A DNA stretch of 51,420 nucleotides from an uncultured Acidobacteriota bacterium (lineage in GTDB: Bacteria > Acidobacteriota > Vicinamibacteria > Marinacidobacterales > Marinacidobacteraceae): contig CAYUVU010000266.1 in assembly GCA_964448205.1 (NCBI GenBank), positions 1 through 51,420 of the forward strand, given 5' to 3'. Below, piece by piece: positions 26,279 through 36,185 of the stretch. A program made the translations under genes and the position numbers. Position 1 is the first letter of the stretch, and every line of letters begins with the position of its first letter. Below the pieces are notes generated by a model. It saw nothing but the letters and a program-made list of their open reading frames with translations. It was not told the origin of the DNA and made no database searches.

Positions 26279-26370
26279 CTACTCCTTACGCCTTGAATCG
26301 GAAATGGGCAAAGTGCGTGACAACGAAGGACCGGCGGCGAGCGCCCGGGTCCGATGCCATGGGTTGAGCG

Positions 26371-26907
26371 TCACGGGGCGGCGCCCCCGCCGGCGGCGGC
26401 CTTTTCTTCGGCTGCCTTGAGCACGAGCACGAGGTTCCGGGGAACCCCTTCGAGGACGTTCATCAGGTTCCGGATGGGCGCCGCGATGACGCCGACGAGC
26501 TGGCCGCGAAGGGCCTCCTGGCCCGGAAGCTTCGCCAGCGCCTCGAACTGCTGCGGATCGACCTGCCGGTCGGAAACGACCCCACCCTTGTACTGGAAGG
26601 TCGCGAAGTCCTTCGTCCCCTCGTGGAGAACCTTGGCCAGGGCCACGGGGTCGTCCTCGCTCCAGGCAAGACCGGTCATCCCGACAAGCTGGCCGTCCAA
26701 TCCGGAAATGCCGACCTCCTCGAAGGCCCATTTCGCGGTGCTGTTCTTGACGACCCGGTACCTGCCGCCGGCTTCCCGGACCCGGCGGCGCAGGTCCGTG
26801 ACATCGGCCACCGAAAGACCCCGGTAGTCGAAAGAAAACACGGCGGTCTGCGATTTGAGTAGCGCGGCGAGCGACGTGGCCGCTTCCCGCTTCTCCATGC
26901 GTTGCAT
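26371..26907 (-). CDS. rplJ: 50S ribosomal protein L10
   Basis: ...VFSFDYRGLSVADVTDLRRRVREAGGRYRVVKNS...; position between rplA and rplL. Confidence 0.95.
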   Translation of the reverse strand: MQRMEKREAATSLAALLKSQTAVFSFDYRGLSVADVTDLRRRVREAGGRYRVVKNSTAKWAFEEVGISGLDGQLVGMTGLAWSEDDPVALAKVLHEGTKDFATFQYKGGVVSDRQVDPQQFEALAKLPGQEALRGQLVGVIAAPIRNLMNVLEGVPRNLVLVLKAAEEKAAAGGGAAP

Positions 26908-26940
26908 CGTTTCGACCCTTTCCCTGATCTCCGGTTGCGC

Positions 26941-27630
26941 CTACTTGGCTCCGACCAGCGAAGGACTGATGCGGAGGCCGGGGCTCATCGTCGAACTGAT
27001 GGCGACGCTCCGGATGTAGCGGCCCTTGGCTGCCGCCGGCTTCGATCGAACCACGGCGGAGACGAAGGCCAGCGTGTTCTCCACGAGCCGTTCGTCGGAA
27101 AAGGAGAGCTTCCCCACCGGCGCGTGGATGTTCGAGGTCTTGTCCACGCGATAGTCGACCTTGCCGGCCTTGATCTCCTGGACCGCCTTCGCCACATCGA
27201 AGGTGACGGTTCCGGACTTGGGATTGGGCATCAGTCCCCGCGGTCCCAGAATCCGTCCGAGCTTTCCGACCGAACGCATCATGTCCGGCGTCGCCACCAC
27301 GGCCTCGAAGTCCAGAAAGCCACCCTGGATGCGGGCCACCATGTCGTCTCCGCCCACCTCGTCGGCGCCCGCTTCCTCGGCTTCCTTGGCCTTTTCGCCC
27401 GAAGCGATCACCACGACGCGGCGCGAGATGCCAAGTCCGTGAGGGAGGACTACCGAACCGCGCACCATCTGGTCCGCGTGCCGCGGATCGACCCCGAGCC
27501 GCATGGCGATCTCGGCAGTCTCGTCAAAGGAGGCGAAGCTCGCGCTCTTGAGCGACTTGAACACCTCGTCCAGCGTCTCCGGCTGTGAATCGGCGAGCGT
27601 GGTCTTCGCCGCCTGGTACTTCTTTCCCAT
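26941..27630 (-). CDS. rplA: 50S ribosomal protein L1
   Basis: MGKKYQAAK...[33 protein letters not shown]...[15 protein letters not shown]. Confidence 0.96.
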   Translation of the reverse strand: MGKKYQAAKTTLADSQPETLDEVFKSLKSASFASFDETAEIAMRLGVDPRHADQMVRGSVVLPHGLGISRRVVVIASGEKAKEAEEAGADEVGGDDMVARIQGGFLDFEAVVATPDMMRSVGKLGRILGPRGLMPNPKSGTVTFDVAKAVQEIKAGKVDYRVDKTSNIHAPVGKLSFSDERLVENTLAFVSAVVRSKPAAAKGRYIRSVAISSTMSPGLRISPSLVGAK

Positions 27631-27647
27631 GATTCGCGTTCCTGATC

Positions 27648-28067
27648 TCAGGCCACTTCGATGCCCATGCTGCGTGCCGTTCCCTCGACGATGCGCCGCG
27701 CGGCGTCGATGTCGACGGCATTGAGGTCCTTCATCTTGATCTGGGCGATTTCCTCCACCTGACTGACGGTTACCTTGCCCACCCGCATCCGGTTGGGCTC
27801 ACCCGATCCCTTCGCGATTCCCGCCGCGCGCTTCAGCAGCACGGCCGCGGGCGGCGTCTTGGTGATGAAGCTGAAGGACCGATCCTGGTAGACCGTGACC
27901 ACACAGGGGATGATCATGCCGGGGTCGTTCTGGGTCTTGGCGTTGAAGGACTTGCAGAAGTCCATGATGTTGATGCCGTGCTGTCCGAGCGCCGGCCCGA
28001 CGGGCGGCGCCGGGGTCGCCTTGCCGGCGGGCAACTGGATCTTCGCGACCGCGAGCACTTTCTTCAT
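27648..28067 (-). CDS. rplK: 50S ribosomal protein L11
   Basis: [37 protein letters not shown]... Confidence 0.97.
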   Translation of the reverse strand: MKKVLAVAKIQLPAGKATPAPPVGPALGQHGINIMDFCKSFNAKTQNDPGMIIPCVVTVYQDRSFSFITKTPPAAVLLKRAAGIAKGSGEPNRMRVGKVTVSQVEEIAQIKMKDLNAVDIDAARRIVEGTARSMGIEVA

Positions 28068-28098
28068 CGCATTTTTCTCCGATCGGAACCCGGGCCCC

Positions 28099-28626
28099 TC
28101 AAACCTTCTCCACCTCGAGGAACTCCAGTTCCACGGGAGTCGAGCGTCCGAAGATCGTGACCATGACCTTCACCTTGTTGCGGTCCGGCTGGACCTCGTC
28201 CACGACCCCCTGAAAGCCGTTGAAGGGGCCGTGGATGATGCGGACCGACTCGCCCGTCTGGAAGGTGTGCCGCAGCTTGGGCGCCTGAGTTGCGTCGTCC
28301 ATCTGCTCGCGAATCCTGAGGACCTCGTCGTCCGGCATCGGCTGGGGCTTGTGCGGCGGCACGAACCCCATGACCTTGTCGGTGTTCTTGACGACCTGCC
28401 AGGTATCGGCGTTCATCTCCATGTTGACGAGCACGTAGCCGGGATACACCTGCTTGGTGGTCACCACGCGGCGTCCGCCCCGCATCTCCACGACCTTCTC
28501 GGTGGGGATCAGGATCTCGCCGATCTGCTCCCCGAGTCCGTAGGCGTTGGCCCGATGGCGCAGTGCTTCCTTCACGCTCTCCTCGAATTTGGAGTGCGTC
28601 GAGACGATGAACCACTCTCTGGCCAT
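28099..28626 (-). CDS. nusG: transcription termination/antitermination factor NusG
   Basis: [22 protein letters not shown]...[11 protein letters not shown]...; KOW segment [18 protein letters not shown]. Confidence 0.96.
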   Translation of the reverse strand: MAREWFIVSTHSKFEESVKEALRHRANAYGLGEQIGEILIPTEKVVEMRGGRRVVTTKQVYPGYVLVNMEMNADTWQVVKNTDKVMGFVPPHKPQPMPDDEVLRIREQMDDATQAPKLRHTFQTGESVRIIHGPFNGFQGVVDEVQPDRNKVKVMVTIFGRSTPVELEFLEVEKV

Positions 28627-28630
28627 GGAA

Positions 28631-28840
28631 CTACCCGATCAGGTTCGTGATGAAGGCCGAGATGTACGACATGACCACGTCCAGGCCGTAGAGATAGAAC
28701 CCGAAGAAGAAGACCGTGATGAGCACGATGATCGTGGTGCCACGGACTTCGTCCCGCGTCGGCCAGGTGACCTTGTCCAGTTCTCCCCTCACGTCCCCGA
28801 GGAACGTGCGGGCCGAGCCGATTCTTTCGAGCACGCTCAC
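28631..28840 (-). CDS. secE: preprotein translocase subunit SecE (short form)
   Basis: ...FLGDVRGELDKVTWPTRDEVRGTTIIVLITVFFFGFYL... The track ORF runs into tRNA-Trp, so the start is set at GTG 28840 (GAGG 8 nt upstream). GTG 28834 is also possible. Confidence 0.85.
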   Translation of the reverse strand: MSVLERIGSARTFLGDVRGELDKVTWPTRDEVRGTTIIVLITVFFFGFYLYGLDVVMSYISAFITNLIG

Positions 28841-28882
28841 GGGGACAACCTCGTTCGCCGGAGCCTCGAGGGAACGTGGGGA

Positions 28883-28958
28883 TGGCAGGCCAGGAGGGGA
28901 TCGAACCCCCAACCCCCGGTTTTGGAGACCGGTGCTCTGCCAATTGAGCTACTGGCCT
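28883..28958 (-). tRNA. tRNA-Trp (anticodon CCA)
   Basis: AGGCCAG-TA-GCTC..GAGC-A-CCGGT-CTCCAAA-ACCGG...GGGGG-TTCGATC-CCCTC-CTGGCCT-G-CCA. Full cloverleaf folded by hand; CCA is encoded. Confidence 0.93.
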
Positions 28959-28976
28959 TCGCACCCCTCACAGTAG

Positions 28977-29141
28977 TCAACGCGTCTCCCGATGCAATAC
29001 GTGCGTCCGGCAGAAACGGCAGTACTTGCGCAATTCCATCCGGCCCGGATGGGTTGCCCGGTTCTTCGTCGTGGAATACGTCCGCCGCTTGCAGTCGGTG
29101 CATGCCAGTGTGACGATCTGCCGCTTCTTTTCGCGAGCCAT
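28977..29141 (-). CDS. rpmG: 50S ribosomal protein L33 (Zn-binding C+ form)
   Basis: Not in the track (54 aa). Hand translation gives [54 protein letters not shown]. Confidence 0.92.
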   Translation of the reverse strand: MAREKKRQIVTLACTDCKRRTYSTTKNRATHPGRMELRKYCRFCRTHVLHRETR

Positions 29142-29188
29142 GCCGTTTTCCCGTCGGTTCTACTCCGCTCAGATGTTTCGAGGATGGC

Positions 29189-29222
29189 CCTCCCGCGGCC
29201 GACTCAAGTCGTCCGCGGGAGG
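29189..29222 (-). other. 10-bp GC hairpin in the tuf-rpmG spacer
   Basis: cctcccgcgg (29189-29198) pairs perfectly with ccgcgggagg (29213-29222); no U-tract. Possible processing or stability element. Confidence 0.3.
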
Positions 29223-29243
29223 ACCGTTTCGTGCCCTCGCCGT

Positions 29244-30431
29244 CTACTCCAGGATCTCGGTGGTCATCCCGGAAGCGACCGTCCGGCCACCTTCGCGGAT
29301 CGCGAAGCGGAGTCCGCGGTCCATGGCGATCGGGGTGATCAGTTCCACCTCGAGCTGGATGTTGTCTCCCGGCATGGCCACCACCTGATCTCCGAGGAGG
29401 GTGGCGGTGCCGGTCACATCCGTGGTCCGGAAATAGAACTGCGGGCGGTAGCCGCTCTTGAACGGCTTCTCGCGTCCCCCTTCTTCCTTGGACAGGACAT
29501 AGACCTCGGAACGGAACTTGGTGTGAGGGGTGATGGAACCGGGCTTGGCGAGCACCATCCCGCGCTCCACGTCCCGGCGATCGGTGCCCCGCAGCAGGAT
29601 TCCGACGTTGTCACCGGCCTCGCCCTCGTCGAGGAGCTTCTTGAACATCTCGACTCCGGTCACCACCCGCTTCCGGGTCTCCCGGATCCCGACGATCTCG
29701 ACCTCGTCCTGGACGCAGACCTTGCCCTGCTCGATACGGCCGGTCACCACGGTGCCGCGGCCGGAGATCGAGAAGACGTCCTCGATCGGCATCAGGTAGT
29801 CCTTGTCGATCGCCCGCTCCGGCACCGGCACGTACTCGTCAAGAGCCTTCGTCAGCTCCCGGACGGGTTCCCAGTCGGCCGGATCGTCCGACTCGAGCGC
29901 CTTGAGCGCGCTGCCCCGGATGATCGGGATGTCGTCGCCGGGGAAGTCGTAGTAGGAAAGCAGCTCCCGGACTTCGAGTTCCACGAGCTCGAGGAGCTCC
30001 TCGTCGTCCAGCATGTCCACCTTGTTGAGGAACACGACGATCCGGGGCACGCCGACCTGGCGGGCAAGCAGGATGTGCTCGCGCGTCTGGGCCTGGGGGC
30101 CGTCCGGAGCGGAAATCAGCAGTACCGCGCCGTCCATCTGGGCGGCGCCGGTGATCATGTTCTTGATGTAGTCGGCGTGGCCGGGGCAGTCCACGTGCGC
30201 GTAGTGGCGCGCCGTGGTCTCGTACTCGACGTGGGCGGTGGCGATCGTGATGCCCCGCTCCCGCTCCTCCGGAGCGTTGTCGATCGAATCGAAACTCCTG
30301 AAGTCTCCGCCCTGTTCGGCGGCGAGGACCTTCGTGATCGCTGCGGTCAGGGTCGTCTTGCCGTGATCCACATGACCGATGGTCCCCACGTTGACGTGGG
30401 GTTTGGTGCGTTCGAACTTCTCCTTGGCCAT
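29244..30431 (-). CDS. tuf: elongation factor Tu
   Basis: [32 protein letters not shown]...DCPGHADY...; AAGGAGA SD upstream. Confidence 0.98.
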   Translation of the reverse strand: MAKEKFERTKPHVNVGTIGHVDHGKTTLTAAITKVLAAEQGGDFRSFDSIDNAPEERERGITIATAHVEYETTARHYAHVDCPGHADYIKNMITGAAQMDGAVLLISAPDGPQAQTREHILLARQVGVPRIVVFLNKVDMLDDEELLELVELEVRELLSYYDFPGDDIPIIRGSALKALESDDPADWEPVRELTKALDEYVPVPERAIDKDYLMPIEDVFSISGRGTVVTGRIEQGKVCVQDEVEIVGIRETRKRVVTGVEMFKKLLDEGEAGDNVGILLRGTDRRDVERGMVLAKPGSITPHTKFRSEVYVLSKEEGGREKPFKSGYRPQFYFRTTDVTGTATLLGDQVVAMPGDNIQLEVELITPIAMDRGLRFAIREGGRTVASGMTTEILE

Positions 30432-30514
30432 CTGGTCTTCTCCTTGTGTGCTGCGAGCTGTTTGATGGTGACCTGGGAATCAGATCGTCCCCTTGCGAAG
30501 CGGGGGAGCGAGAG

Positions 30515-30589
<75 letters not shown>

Positions 30590-30679
30590 GGAGACGAGGG
30601 CGGGGGCCGGTGCTGCGGCTCCGGACCGCGCCGGCGGACCGTCCGCGGCCCCGGGACAACACGAACCGCGCCGCCAAGA

Positions 30680-30755
30680 TGGAGCGGGAGACGGGATTCG
30701 GACCCGCGACCCTCAGCTTGGAAGGCTGATGCTCTGCCAACTGAGCTACTCCCGC
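30680..30755 (-). tRNA. tRNA-Gly (anticodon TCC)
   Basis: GCGGGAG-TA-GCTC AGTTGGCA GAGC-A-TCAGC CTTCCAA GCTGA-GGGTC-GCGGG TCCGAAT CCCGT-CTCCCGC-T-CCA. Confidence 0.93.
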
Positions 30756-30932
30756 GTCAGGGAATGCAGGGACCGCCGACGGTGGAGAAACCGGGCGAAG
30801 GGCCGCTCGGGCCCCGTCCGCCGGGACGGGGGCGCCATGGGGTGCGCACAATCGCGTCGTAGCGGGCCGGAGTGAGCCGTGGTCGGTGGTCAAAGCAGTG
30901 GGTGGGTTCGGTTGGGGAAACTCCGGAAGAGG

Positions 30933-31019
30933 TGGTGGAGCGGGGAGGATTCGAACCTCCGAAGGCGTAAAGCCGGCAGGTTTACAGCCTGCTGCGTTTG
31001 GCCGCTTCGCTACCACTCC
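30933..31019 (-). tRNA. tRNA-Tyr (anticodon GTA), long variable arm
   Basis: GGAGTGG-TA-GCG AAGCGGCCAAA CGC-A-GCAGG CTGTAAA CCTGC-(15-nt variable arm)-GGAGG TTCGAAT CCTCC-CCGCTCC-A-CCA. Confidence 0.92.
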
Positions 31020-31168
31020 GCCCGGGAAACTCCGCCGCTCACGAGACGGCAAGCAACGTCAGTGATAATCAACCGGCCGATCCGGGCCGTTTCTCCCGGA
31101 TTGGGTGGCCCAGATCAGTCCCTCCGGACCCAGCGCGATCCGGTCCGATGCGGTCTGGCCCGATCCGG

Positions 31169-31241
31169 AGCTGGCGAAGGGACTTGAACCCTTGACCGGC
31201 TGATTACAAATCAGCTGCTCTGCCTCCTGAGCTACGCCAGC
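31169..31241 (-). tRNA. tRNA-Thr (anticodon TGT); CCA not encoded
   Basis: GCTGGCG-TA-GCTC AGGAGGCA GAGC-A-GCTGA TTTGTAA TCAGC-CGGTC-AAGGG TTCAAGT CCCTT-CGCCAGC-T. Confidence 0.92.
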
Positions 31242-31260
31242 GTGCACCGGCGAACGGTTG

Positions 31261-31290
31261 AGTATAGGAGCGCGCGCGTACGGGTGTCAA
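31261..31290 (-). promoter_or_regulatory. sigma70-type promoter of the tRNA-tuf operon
   Basis: Minus strand reads TTGACA (31290-31285), 18-nt spacer CCCGTACGCGCGCGCTCC, then TATACT (31266-31261), about 20 nt upstream of the tRNA-Thr 5' end. Confidence 0.7.
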
Positions 31291-31304
31291 CTGCGAATCG
31301 GGAT

Positions 31305-32129
31305 TCATGTCTCCGGCGCCGTTTCGGAGGCCCGGACCGCCTGCTGGCGGACCGCTTCATAGAGCACGATTCCGGTAGCCACGGAAACGTTCAGGGACCG
31401 AACCGATCCCAACTGCGGCAGGGAAAGCAGGACTTCGCACTCCTTCGACACCCCGGCCGCGAGGCCCCGGCCTTCGGACCCCACGACGAGGACGGTGGGC
31501 TGGGTCCAGTCGAACTCGTACCAGCGGACTTTCGCCCGCGGCGTGAGGCCCACGGTCCAGTACCCGTGAGCCCTCAGCGCCCGCAGGGCGTTCGCGGCGC
31601 CCGGGATCCGAACCAGCCGGGCGCGGGCGATGGCCCCTGCCGACGCCGCGACGGCAACGGGCGAGGGAGGGGCCGCGCCGCGCCGCGGAACGAGCACCGC
31701 GTCCACTCCGGCGCCGTCCGCCGCGCGGACCAGGGCGCCGAAGTTCCGCGGGTCCTCGATGCGATCGAGCAGCAGCAGGCGACGCGGCTTCGGGTCCAGC
31801 GACAACACCTCGCCGAGGGCCAACCACCGCACCGGCGACACCTCGCAGGCCGCCCCCTGGTGGCGCGCGCCCTCCGAGATCCGGTCCAGGACCTGGTTCG
31901 GGACCCGCTGCAGCGGGACGCCCCGGGCCCGCGCAATCTTGAGCAGGGCCTGATGGCGGCTCTCCAGCCGTCCCGTCCGAACGAGCACGCGCCGGACCTG
32001 GTTCGGGATGCCCTGCAGCGTCTCCTCCACCCGGGCCGGGCCGAAGACCCACGTCGCGGCCCGTTCCTCGCGGGTCTCGTCCGCCGGACCATCGGCTCTC
32101 GCCGGGCGGCGCTTCGCCGGGCGGGTCAT
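31305..32129 (-). CDS. TrmH/SpoU-family RNA 2'-O-methyltransferase (RlmB-like)
   Basis: Last 274 aa of track ORF 31305..34730. ATG 32129 forms an ATGA overlap with the ispDF stop. Motifs LLLLDRIEDPRNFGALVRAADGAGVDAVLV, VLVVGSEGRGL, GSVRSLNVSVATGIVLYE. Confidence 0.88.
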   Translation of the reverse strand: MTRPAKRRPARADGPADETREERAATWVFGPARVEETLQGIPNQVRRVLVRTGRLESRHQALLKIARARGVPLQRVPNQVLDRISEGARHQGAACEVSPVRWLALGEVLSLDPKPRRLLLLDRIEDPRNFGALVRAADGAGVDAVLVPRRGAAPPSPVAVAASAGAIARARLVRIPGAANALRALRAHGYWTVGLTPRAKVRWYEFDWTQPTVLVVGSEGRGLAAGVSKECEVLLSLPQLGSVRSLNVSVATGIVLYEAVRQQAVRASETAPET

Positions 32130-33376
32130 CCCGGCGGCGATGGCGGCTCCGCGAGTCGTGACCGCGGATCGAGGCGGACGAGCGCCTTCGCCGCCAGCCC
32201 CTCGCCCCTTCCCGTGAAGCCCAGTCCGTCGGTGGTCGTGGCCTTGAGCCCCACCCCGTCGGGGGCGATTCCGAGCAGCTCCGCGAGCCGCCGCCGCATC
32301 TCCTCGATCCGGGGAGCGAGGCGGGGACGCTCGGCGATGATGGTGAGGTCCACCTGGCCCGGTCGGTAACCGGCGCGGGCGGCGACCTCGAGCGCCCGCC
32401 GCACGAACCGTTCGCTCGCCGCGCCCCGAAGCTCCGGATCGGACGACGGGAAGAGCGCCCCGATGTCCGGCCCGGCCACCGCGCCGAGGATTGCGTCGGT
32501 GAGGGCATGGAGCACGGCGTCCCCGTCGGAGTGCCCTTCCAGCGCGGGAACGCCCGGAAACGCAATTCCCCCGAGCTGGAGGGTCCCCCGCGTCCCGAAG
32601 CGATGGGCGTCGAAACCGAAACCGAGGCGCGGCATCCCGGACGCCCCGCCCAGCAGGGTCCGCGCGACCTCCAGGTCGGTCGGACGGGTCACCTTCAGGT
32701 TCCGTGGACTTCCCTCGACCACCCGGACCGGATGCCCCGCGGCCTGCACCAGCGACGCCTCGTCGGTTCCGCTCAGCCCGGCCTCCTCCGCCCGGGCAAG
32801 CGACTCCCTCAGCAGGCTCCGCCGGAAACACTGCGGCGTCTGGACGGCGACGGTGCGGTCCCGGTCCACCAGGCTCTCCACGTTCCCGTCGCCGCCGACC
32901 CGCCAGAGCGTGTCCGGCGGGCGGCACCCCGGGATCGCCGCGCCGTAACGGCGGGCCGCCTCGATGACTTCCTCGACGAGCGGCAGCGGCGGCGCCGGCC
33001 TCGCGCCGTCGTGAACGGCGACCAGGTCCGCCACCCCACCCTCCGCCTCCAAGAACCGGGCGTCGAGCGCCTCGAGTCCGCGCGCCGTCGATTCCTGGCG
33101 GGAAGCCCCTCCGGGACAACAGGAGACCCGGCCCCCTTCGGGACCCAGGTGAGAACGGAGGTCCGCCTGCCAGGATTCGAATCCCTCCTCCGGCAGCACC
33201 ACCACCAGCCGCGCCACCCTCTCCGAGGCAAGTACCGCGCGGACGGAATGAACGACGAGCGGCAGGCCGAGGAGCGGCTGGAACTGCTTCGGAGCGGCGC
33301 CGGCGCCGAACCGGGTGCCCGAACCGGCTGCCACGACGACCGCTCCGACCCGCACGGTGTTCCGCTCCTTCGCCAC
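32126..33376 (-). CDS. ispDF: bifunctional MEP cytidylyltransferase / MEcPP synthase (IspD-IspF fusion)
   Basis: N-terminal half VVVAAGSGTRFG (IspD); C-terminal half GFGFDAHRF...GHSDGDAVLHALTDA (IspF); GTG start. Confidence 0.93.
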   Translation of the reverse strand: MAKERNTVRVGAVVVAAGSGTRFGAGAAPKQFQPLLGLPLVVHSVRAVLASERVARLVVVLPEEGFESWQADLRSHLGPEGGRVSCCPGGASRQESTARGLEALDARFLEAEGGVADLVAVHDGARPAPPLPLVEEVIEAARRYGAAIPGCRPPDTLWRVGGDGNVESLVDRDRTVAVQTPQCFRRSLLRESLARAEEAGLSGTDEASLVQAAGHPVRVVEGSPRNLKVTRPTDLEVARTLLGGASGMPRLGFGFDAHRFGTRGTLQLGGIAFPGVPALEGHSDGDAVLHALTDAILGAVAGPDIGALFPSSDPELRGAASERFVRRALEVAARAGYRPGQVDLTIIAERPRLAPRIEEMRRRLAELLGIAPDGVGLKATTTDGLGFTGRGEGLAAKALVRLDPRSRLAEPPSPPG

Positions 33377-33382
33377 CGGCAG

Positions 33383-34768
33383 TCAGGGCTGACCCATCAC
33401 GGCCAGCGCCTCGTCCAGGGTTTCGGCCGCGACCAGATCGATGCCCGCCGGGGGTTCGGCGGCGCGGGCCTTCCCCGGGTTCATCACCGCCCGGCGGTAC
33501 CCGAGGCGCGCCGCCTCCCGCAGGCGCGCCCCCGCCTGATGAACCGGCCGCACCTCCCCGGAGAGTCCGACCTCGCCGACGAAGACCGTCCCCGGCGGCA
33601 CCGGGACTCCCCGCCGCCGGGAAACCACCGCCGCCAGCAGGCCCAGGTCGGCGGCCGGCTCGTTCACGGTGAGGCCCCCGGTCACCGACACGTAGACGTC
33701 GCTCCGCAGTAGCCCTCCCCCTCCTCCCGTCTCGAGGACCGCCAGCAGCACCGCCAGCCGGCCGCTGTCGAACCCCACCGGAACGCGCCGGGGATAGGCG
33801 AGCGGGCTTTCGGCAAGCAATACCTGGATCTCGGCGAGGAGGGGCCTCGTTCCCTCGAGCGTACAGACGACGGCCGATCCGGGTTGCGGGGGCCCCCCGC
33901 TGAGGAACAGCTCGGAGGGATTCCGGACCGGGACGAGTCCCTCTCCGGTCATGTCGAACACCCCGAGTTCCCCGGCGGCGCCGAACCGGTTCTTGACCGC
34001 GCGGAGCAGCCGGTGCGACTGCCTCCGGTCGCCCTCGAAGTGGAGCACGGTGTCCACCATGTGTTCGAGGGTGCGGGGACCGGCGATGGCCCCGTCCTTG
34101 TTGACGTGGCCGATGATGAAGACGGGAACCCGCGTCGACTTGGCGAAGAGCACGAGCGAGGCCGCCGACTCCCGGACCTGGGTGACGGTTCCCGGAGCGC
34201 CGCTGATCTCGGGCGAGTGGACGCACTGCACGGAATCGAGCACCAGGAGCCCCGGTTCCGCGGACTGGGCCGCATCGAGGATGCGCGGCATGCTCGTCTC
34301 CGAGAAGAGGAGGAGCGAATCCGGCTGCAGTCCGAGCCGCTCGCCGCGCAGCTTGAGCTGGTGTTCGGACTCCTCCCCGCTGACGTAGAGCACGGGGTCT
34401 CCGGAGCCGGCGGCCGCGGCGGCCAACTGAAGGAGGAGGGTGCTCTTGCCCGCCCCCGGCTCTCCCGCGACCAGGACAGCCGAGCCGGGCACCACCCCGC
34501 CACCCAGGACGCGGTCGAGTTCCGGAATGCCAAGCGGACGGCGGGGCGCCGTCCGGGTGTCTACCTCCCTCCAGGAAACCGGCGACGCGACGCCGGCGCC
34601 CGCCGCCGCGGCGAACCCGCGCCAGCGTCCACCGGCGGCGCCCTCCGGCGGCGCTTCGCGTTCGACGAGCGGGGTCTGGGAGGAACAGGACGGGCAGTAC
34701 CCCATCCAGCGGGAGTAGTCCTGTCCGCACTCCACGCAGGCGAAGCGAACGTTGGACTGCCTGGGCAC
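33383..34768 (-). CDS. radA: DNA repair protein RadA/Sms
   Basis: Zn finger CVECGQDYSRWMGYCPSC, Walker A GEPGAGKSTLLLQ, KNRFG motif, Lon-like C-terminal domain. Confidence 0.95.
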   Translation of the reverse strand: MPRQSNVRFACVECGQDYSRWMGYCPSCSSQTPLVEREAPPEGAAGGRWRGFAAAAGAGVASPVSWREVDTRTAPRRPLGIPELDRVLGGGVVPGSAVLVAGEPGAGKSTLLLQLAAAAAGSGDPVLYVSGEESEHQLKLRGERLGLQPDSLLLFSETSMPRILDAAQSAEPGLLVLDSVQCVHSPEISGAPGTVTQVRESAASLVLFAKSTRVPVFIIGHVNKDGAIAGPRTLEHMVDTVLHFEGDRRQSHRLLRAVKNRFGAAGELGVFDMTGEGLVPVRNPSELFLSGGPPQPGSAVVCTLEGTRPLLAEIQVLLAESPLAYPRRVPVGFDSGRLAVLLAVLETGGGGGLLRSDVYVSVTGGLTVNEPAADLGLLAAVVSRRRGVPVPPGTVFVGEVGLSGEVRPVHQAGARLREAARLGYRRAVMNPGKARAAEPPAGIDLVAAETLDEALAVMGQP

Positions 34769-34772
34769 CGGT

Positions 34773-36185
34773 TCACCAACCGGTTTCCTCGTCCGGGCCG
34801 GGATAGTCGGCGTCCCGGCCCGCCTCCTCGTCGGCGGGGGTCATGAAGCGGGTGTACTGGCCTTGCCAGGAGAGCTTGATGCTGCCGACCGGGCCGTTCC
34901 GGTTCTTCGCCACGATGATCCGGCGTTCCTCCCGGAAGGGTGGCTTCGCCTGGCCGGCGCCGTTCTCACCGCCAGGTCCCTCCTTGTTCCTGAGACGATG
35001 GATGAAGATCACGATATCCGCGTCCTGCTCGAGCGCGCCGGACTCGCGCAGGTCGGAGAGCCGGGGCGCGGTCCACTGCCCGGTGCGCTGCTCGGGCGCC
35101 CGGCTGAGCTGGGAAAGCGCCAGGACCGGAACGTCGAGCTCCTTGGCCAGCAGTTTGAGCGAACGGCTGATCTCGGCGATCTCCAGGTTCCGGTTCTCGA
35201 AGCGCCGGGATCCGGGGTCCGCGCCGCGCATCAGTTGGAGATAGTCGATGACGAGCAGGTCGAGTCCATCCTCACGGCTCAGTTTGCGCGCCTTGGAGCG
35301 GAGTTCGACGGGGTTCACGTTCGAGTCGTCCACGTAGATCGGCATGCGGGCAACGGCGGGAAGGGTGTTCTGGATGAGGCGGCGATCTCTCTCGTTGAGC
35401 AGCCCGGGGCGGGAGAGCTGCCGCGAATCCACCCGCGCCTGGGAAAAAAGGAGACGCGCGGCGATCTGCCGGCGGGGCATCTCCAGGCTGAAGAACAACA
35501 CGCGCTTGCCGGCGTGGCCGGCCGCCTCGGCGATGTTCAGCGCCAGACTGGTCTTGCCCTCGCCGGGCCGGGCCCCGATCAGGATCAGGTCCGCCTTGCG
35601 GAGGCCCCCCATCAGGTTGTCGAGGTCCTGGAAGCCGGTGCGGATCCCCGAGAATCCCTCCCGCTGGCGGCCGGACTCCTCGGCGAGGTGGCTCAGGTCC
35701 TCGGTGAGCCGCACCGGCCCGGCGGCGAACGTGCCCTCGGCGATGGCGAACAGGTCCTGTTCGGCCGCGGCCAGGATCTCCTGCGGGGAGTTCCGGATCG
35801 CGTCGCTCGCGATGCGGCTGCCGAAATGGTGGAGTTCACGGCCGAGCGCCCGTTCGCGAACCAGCCTGGCGTAGTCCGCGGCGTTCGACGATCGGGCCAA
35901 CCCATCGAGCAGTTCGCTCAGGTAGCCGGCACCGCCGGCGGCATCCAGCTTCCCGTTCCGCTCGAGTTCCGCGCGAACGGTCAGCAGGTCGATCTTCCGC
36001 AGCTCGGGAGCGTCGTCGAGTTCACAGAAGGCCTCGAAGATCCGCTGGTGGCGAACGTCGAGGAAATCCCTGGCCTTCAGGATCTCCCGGACGGAATCGA
36101 GCTGACTCCGGTCCACCAGCACCGCGCCGAGGACCGCTCGCTCGGAGGTCAGGTCCTGCGGGAGGCGGACGGTTTCGTCCGGCAC
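34773..36185 (-). CDS. dnaB: replicative DNA helicase DnaB
   Basis: PQDLTSERAVLGAVLVD..., Walker A GARPGEGKTSLAL, IDYLQLM. 470 aa, no intein-sized insert. Confidence 0.95.
   Translation of the reverse strand: MPDETVRLPQDLTSERAVLGAVLVDRSQLDSVREILKARDFLDVRHQRIFEAFCELDDAPELRKIDLLTVRAELERNGKLDAAGGAGYLSELLDGLARSSNAADYARLVRERALGRELHHFGSRIASDAIRNSPQEILAAAEQDLFAIAEGTFAAGPVRLTEDLSHLAEESGRQREGFSGIRTGFQDLDNLMGGLRKADLILIGARPGEGKTSLALNIAEAAGHAGKRVLFFSLEMPRRQIAARLLFSQARVDSRQLSRPGLLNERDRRLIQNTLPAVARMPIYVDDSNVNPVELRSKARKLSREDGLDLLVIDYLQLMRGADPGSRRFENRNLEIAEISRSLKLLAKELDVPVLALSQLSRAPEQRTGQWTAPRLSDLRESGALEQDADIVIFIHRLRNKEGPGGENGAGQAKPPFREERRIIVAKNRNGPVGSIKLSWQGQYTRFMTPADEEAGRDADYPGPDEETGW

Noticed and set aside
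32130-34730. The 1141-aa ORF 31305..34730, and the composite ORFs 2230..4341, 7109..8029, 11590..12273 and 44641..46953.
   Set aside because: Only the C-terminal parts are real genes (rlmB-like, adk, rplE, rplW, purH). The N-terminal extensions run out of frame through ispDF/radA, secY, rplX, rplD or antisense to selA. They disappear when the start is set at the conserved N-terminus, usually a 4-nt overlap with the upstream stop.
34773-36185. Checked dnaB, radA, rpoB, rpoC and fusA for inteins or introns.
   Set aside because: Protein lengths are normal. Conserved motifs are contiguous, and there are no Cys/Ser...HN splice-junction blocks or intron-like non-coding interruptions.
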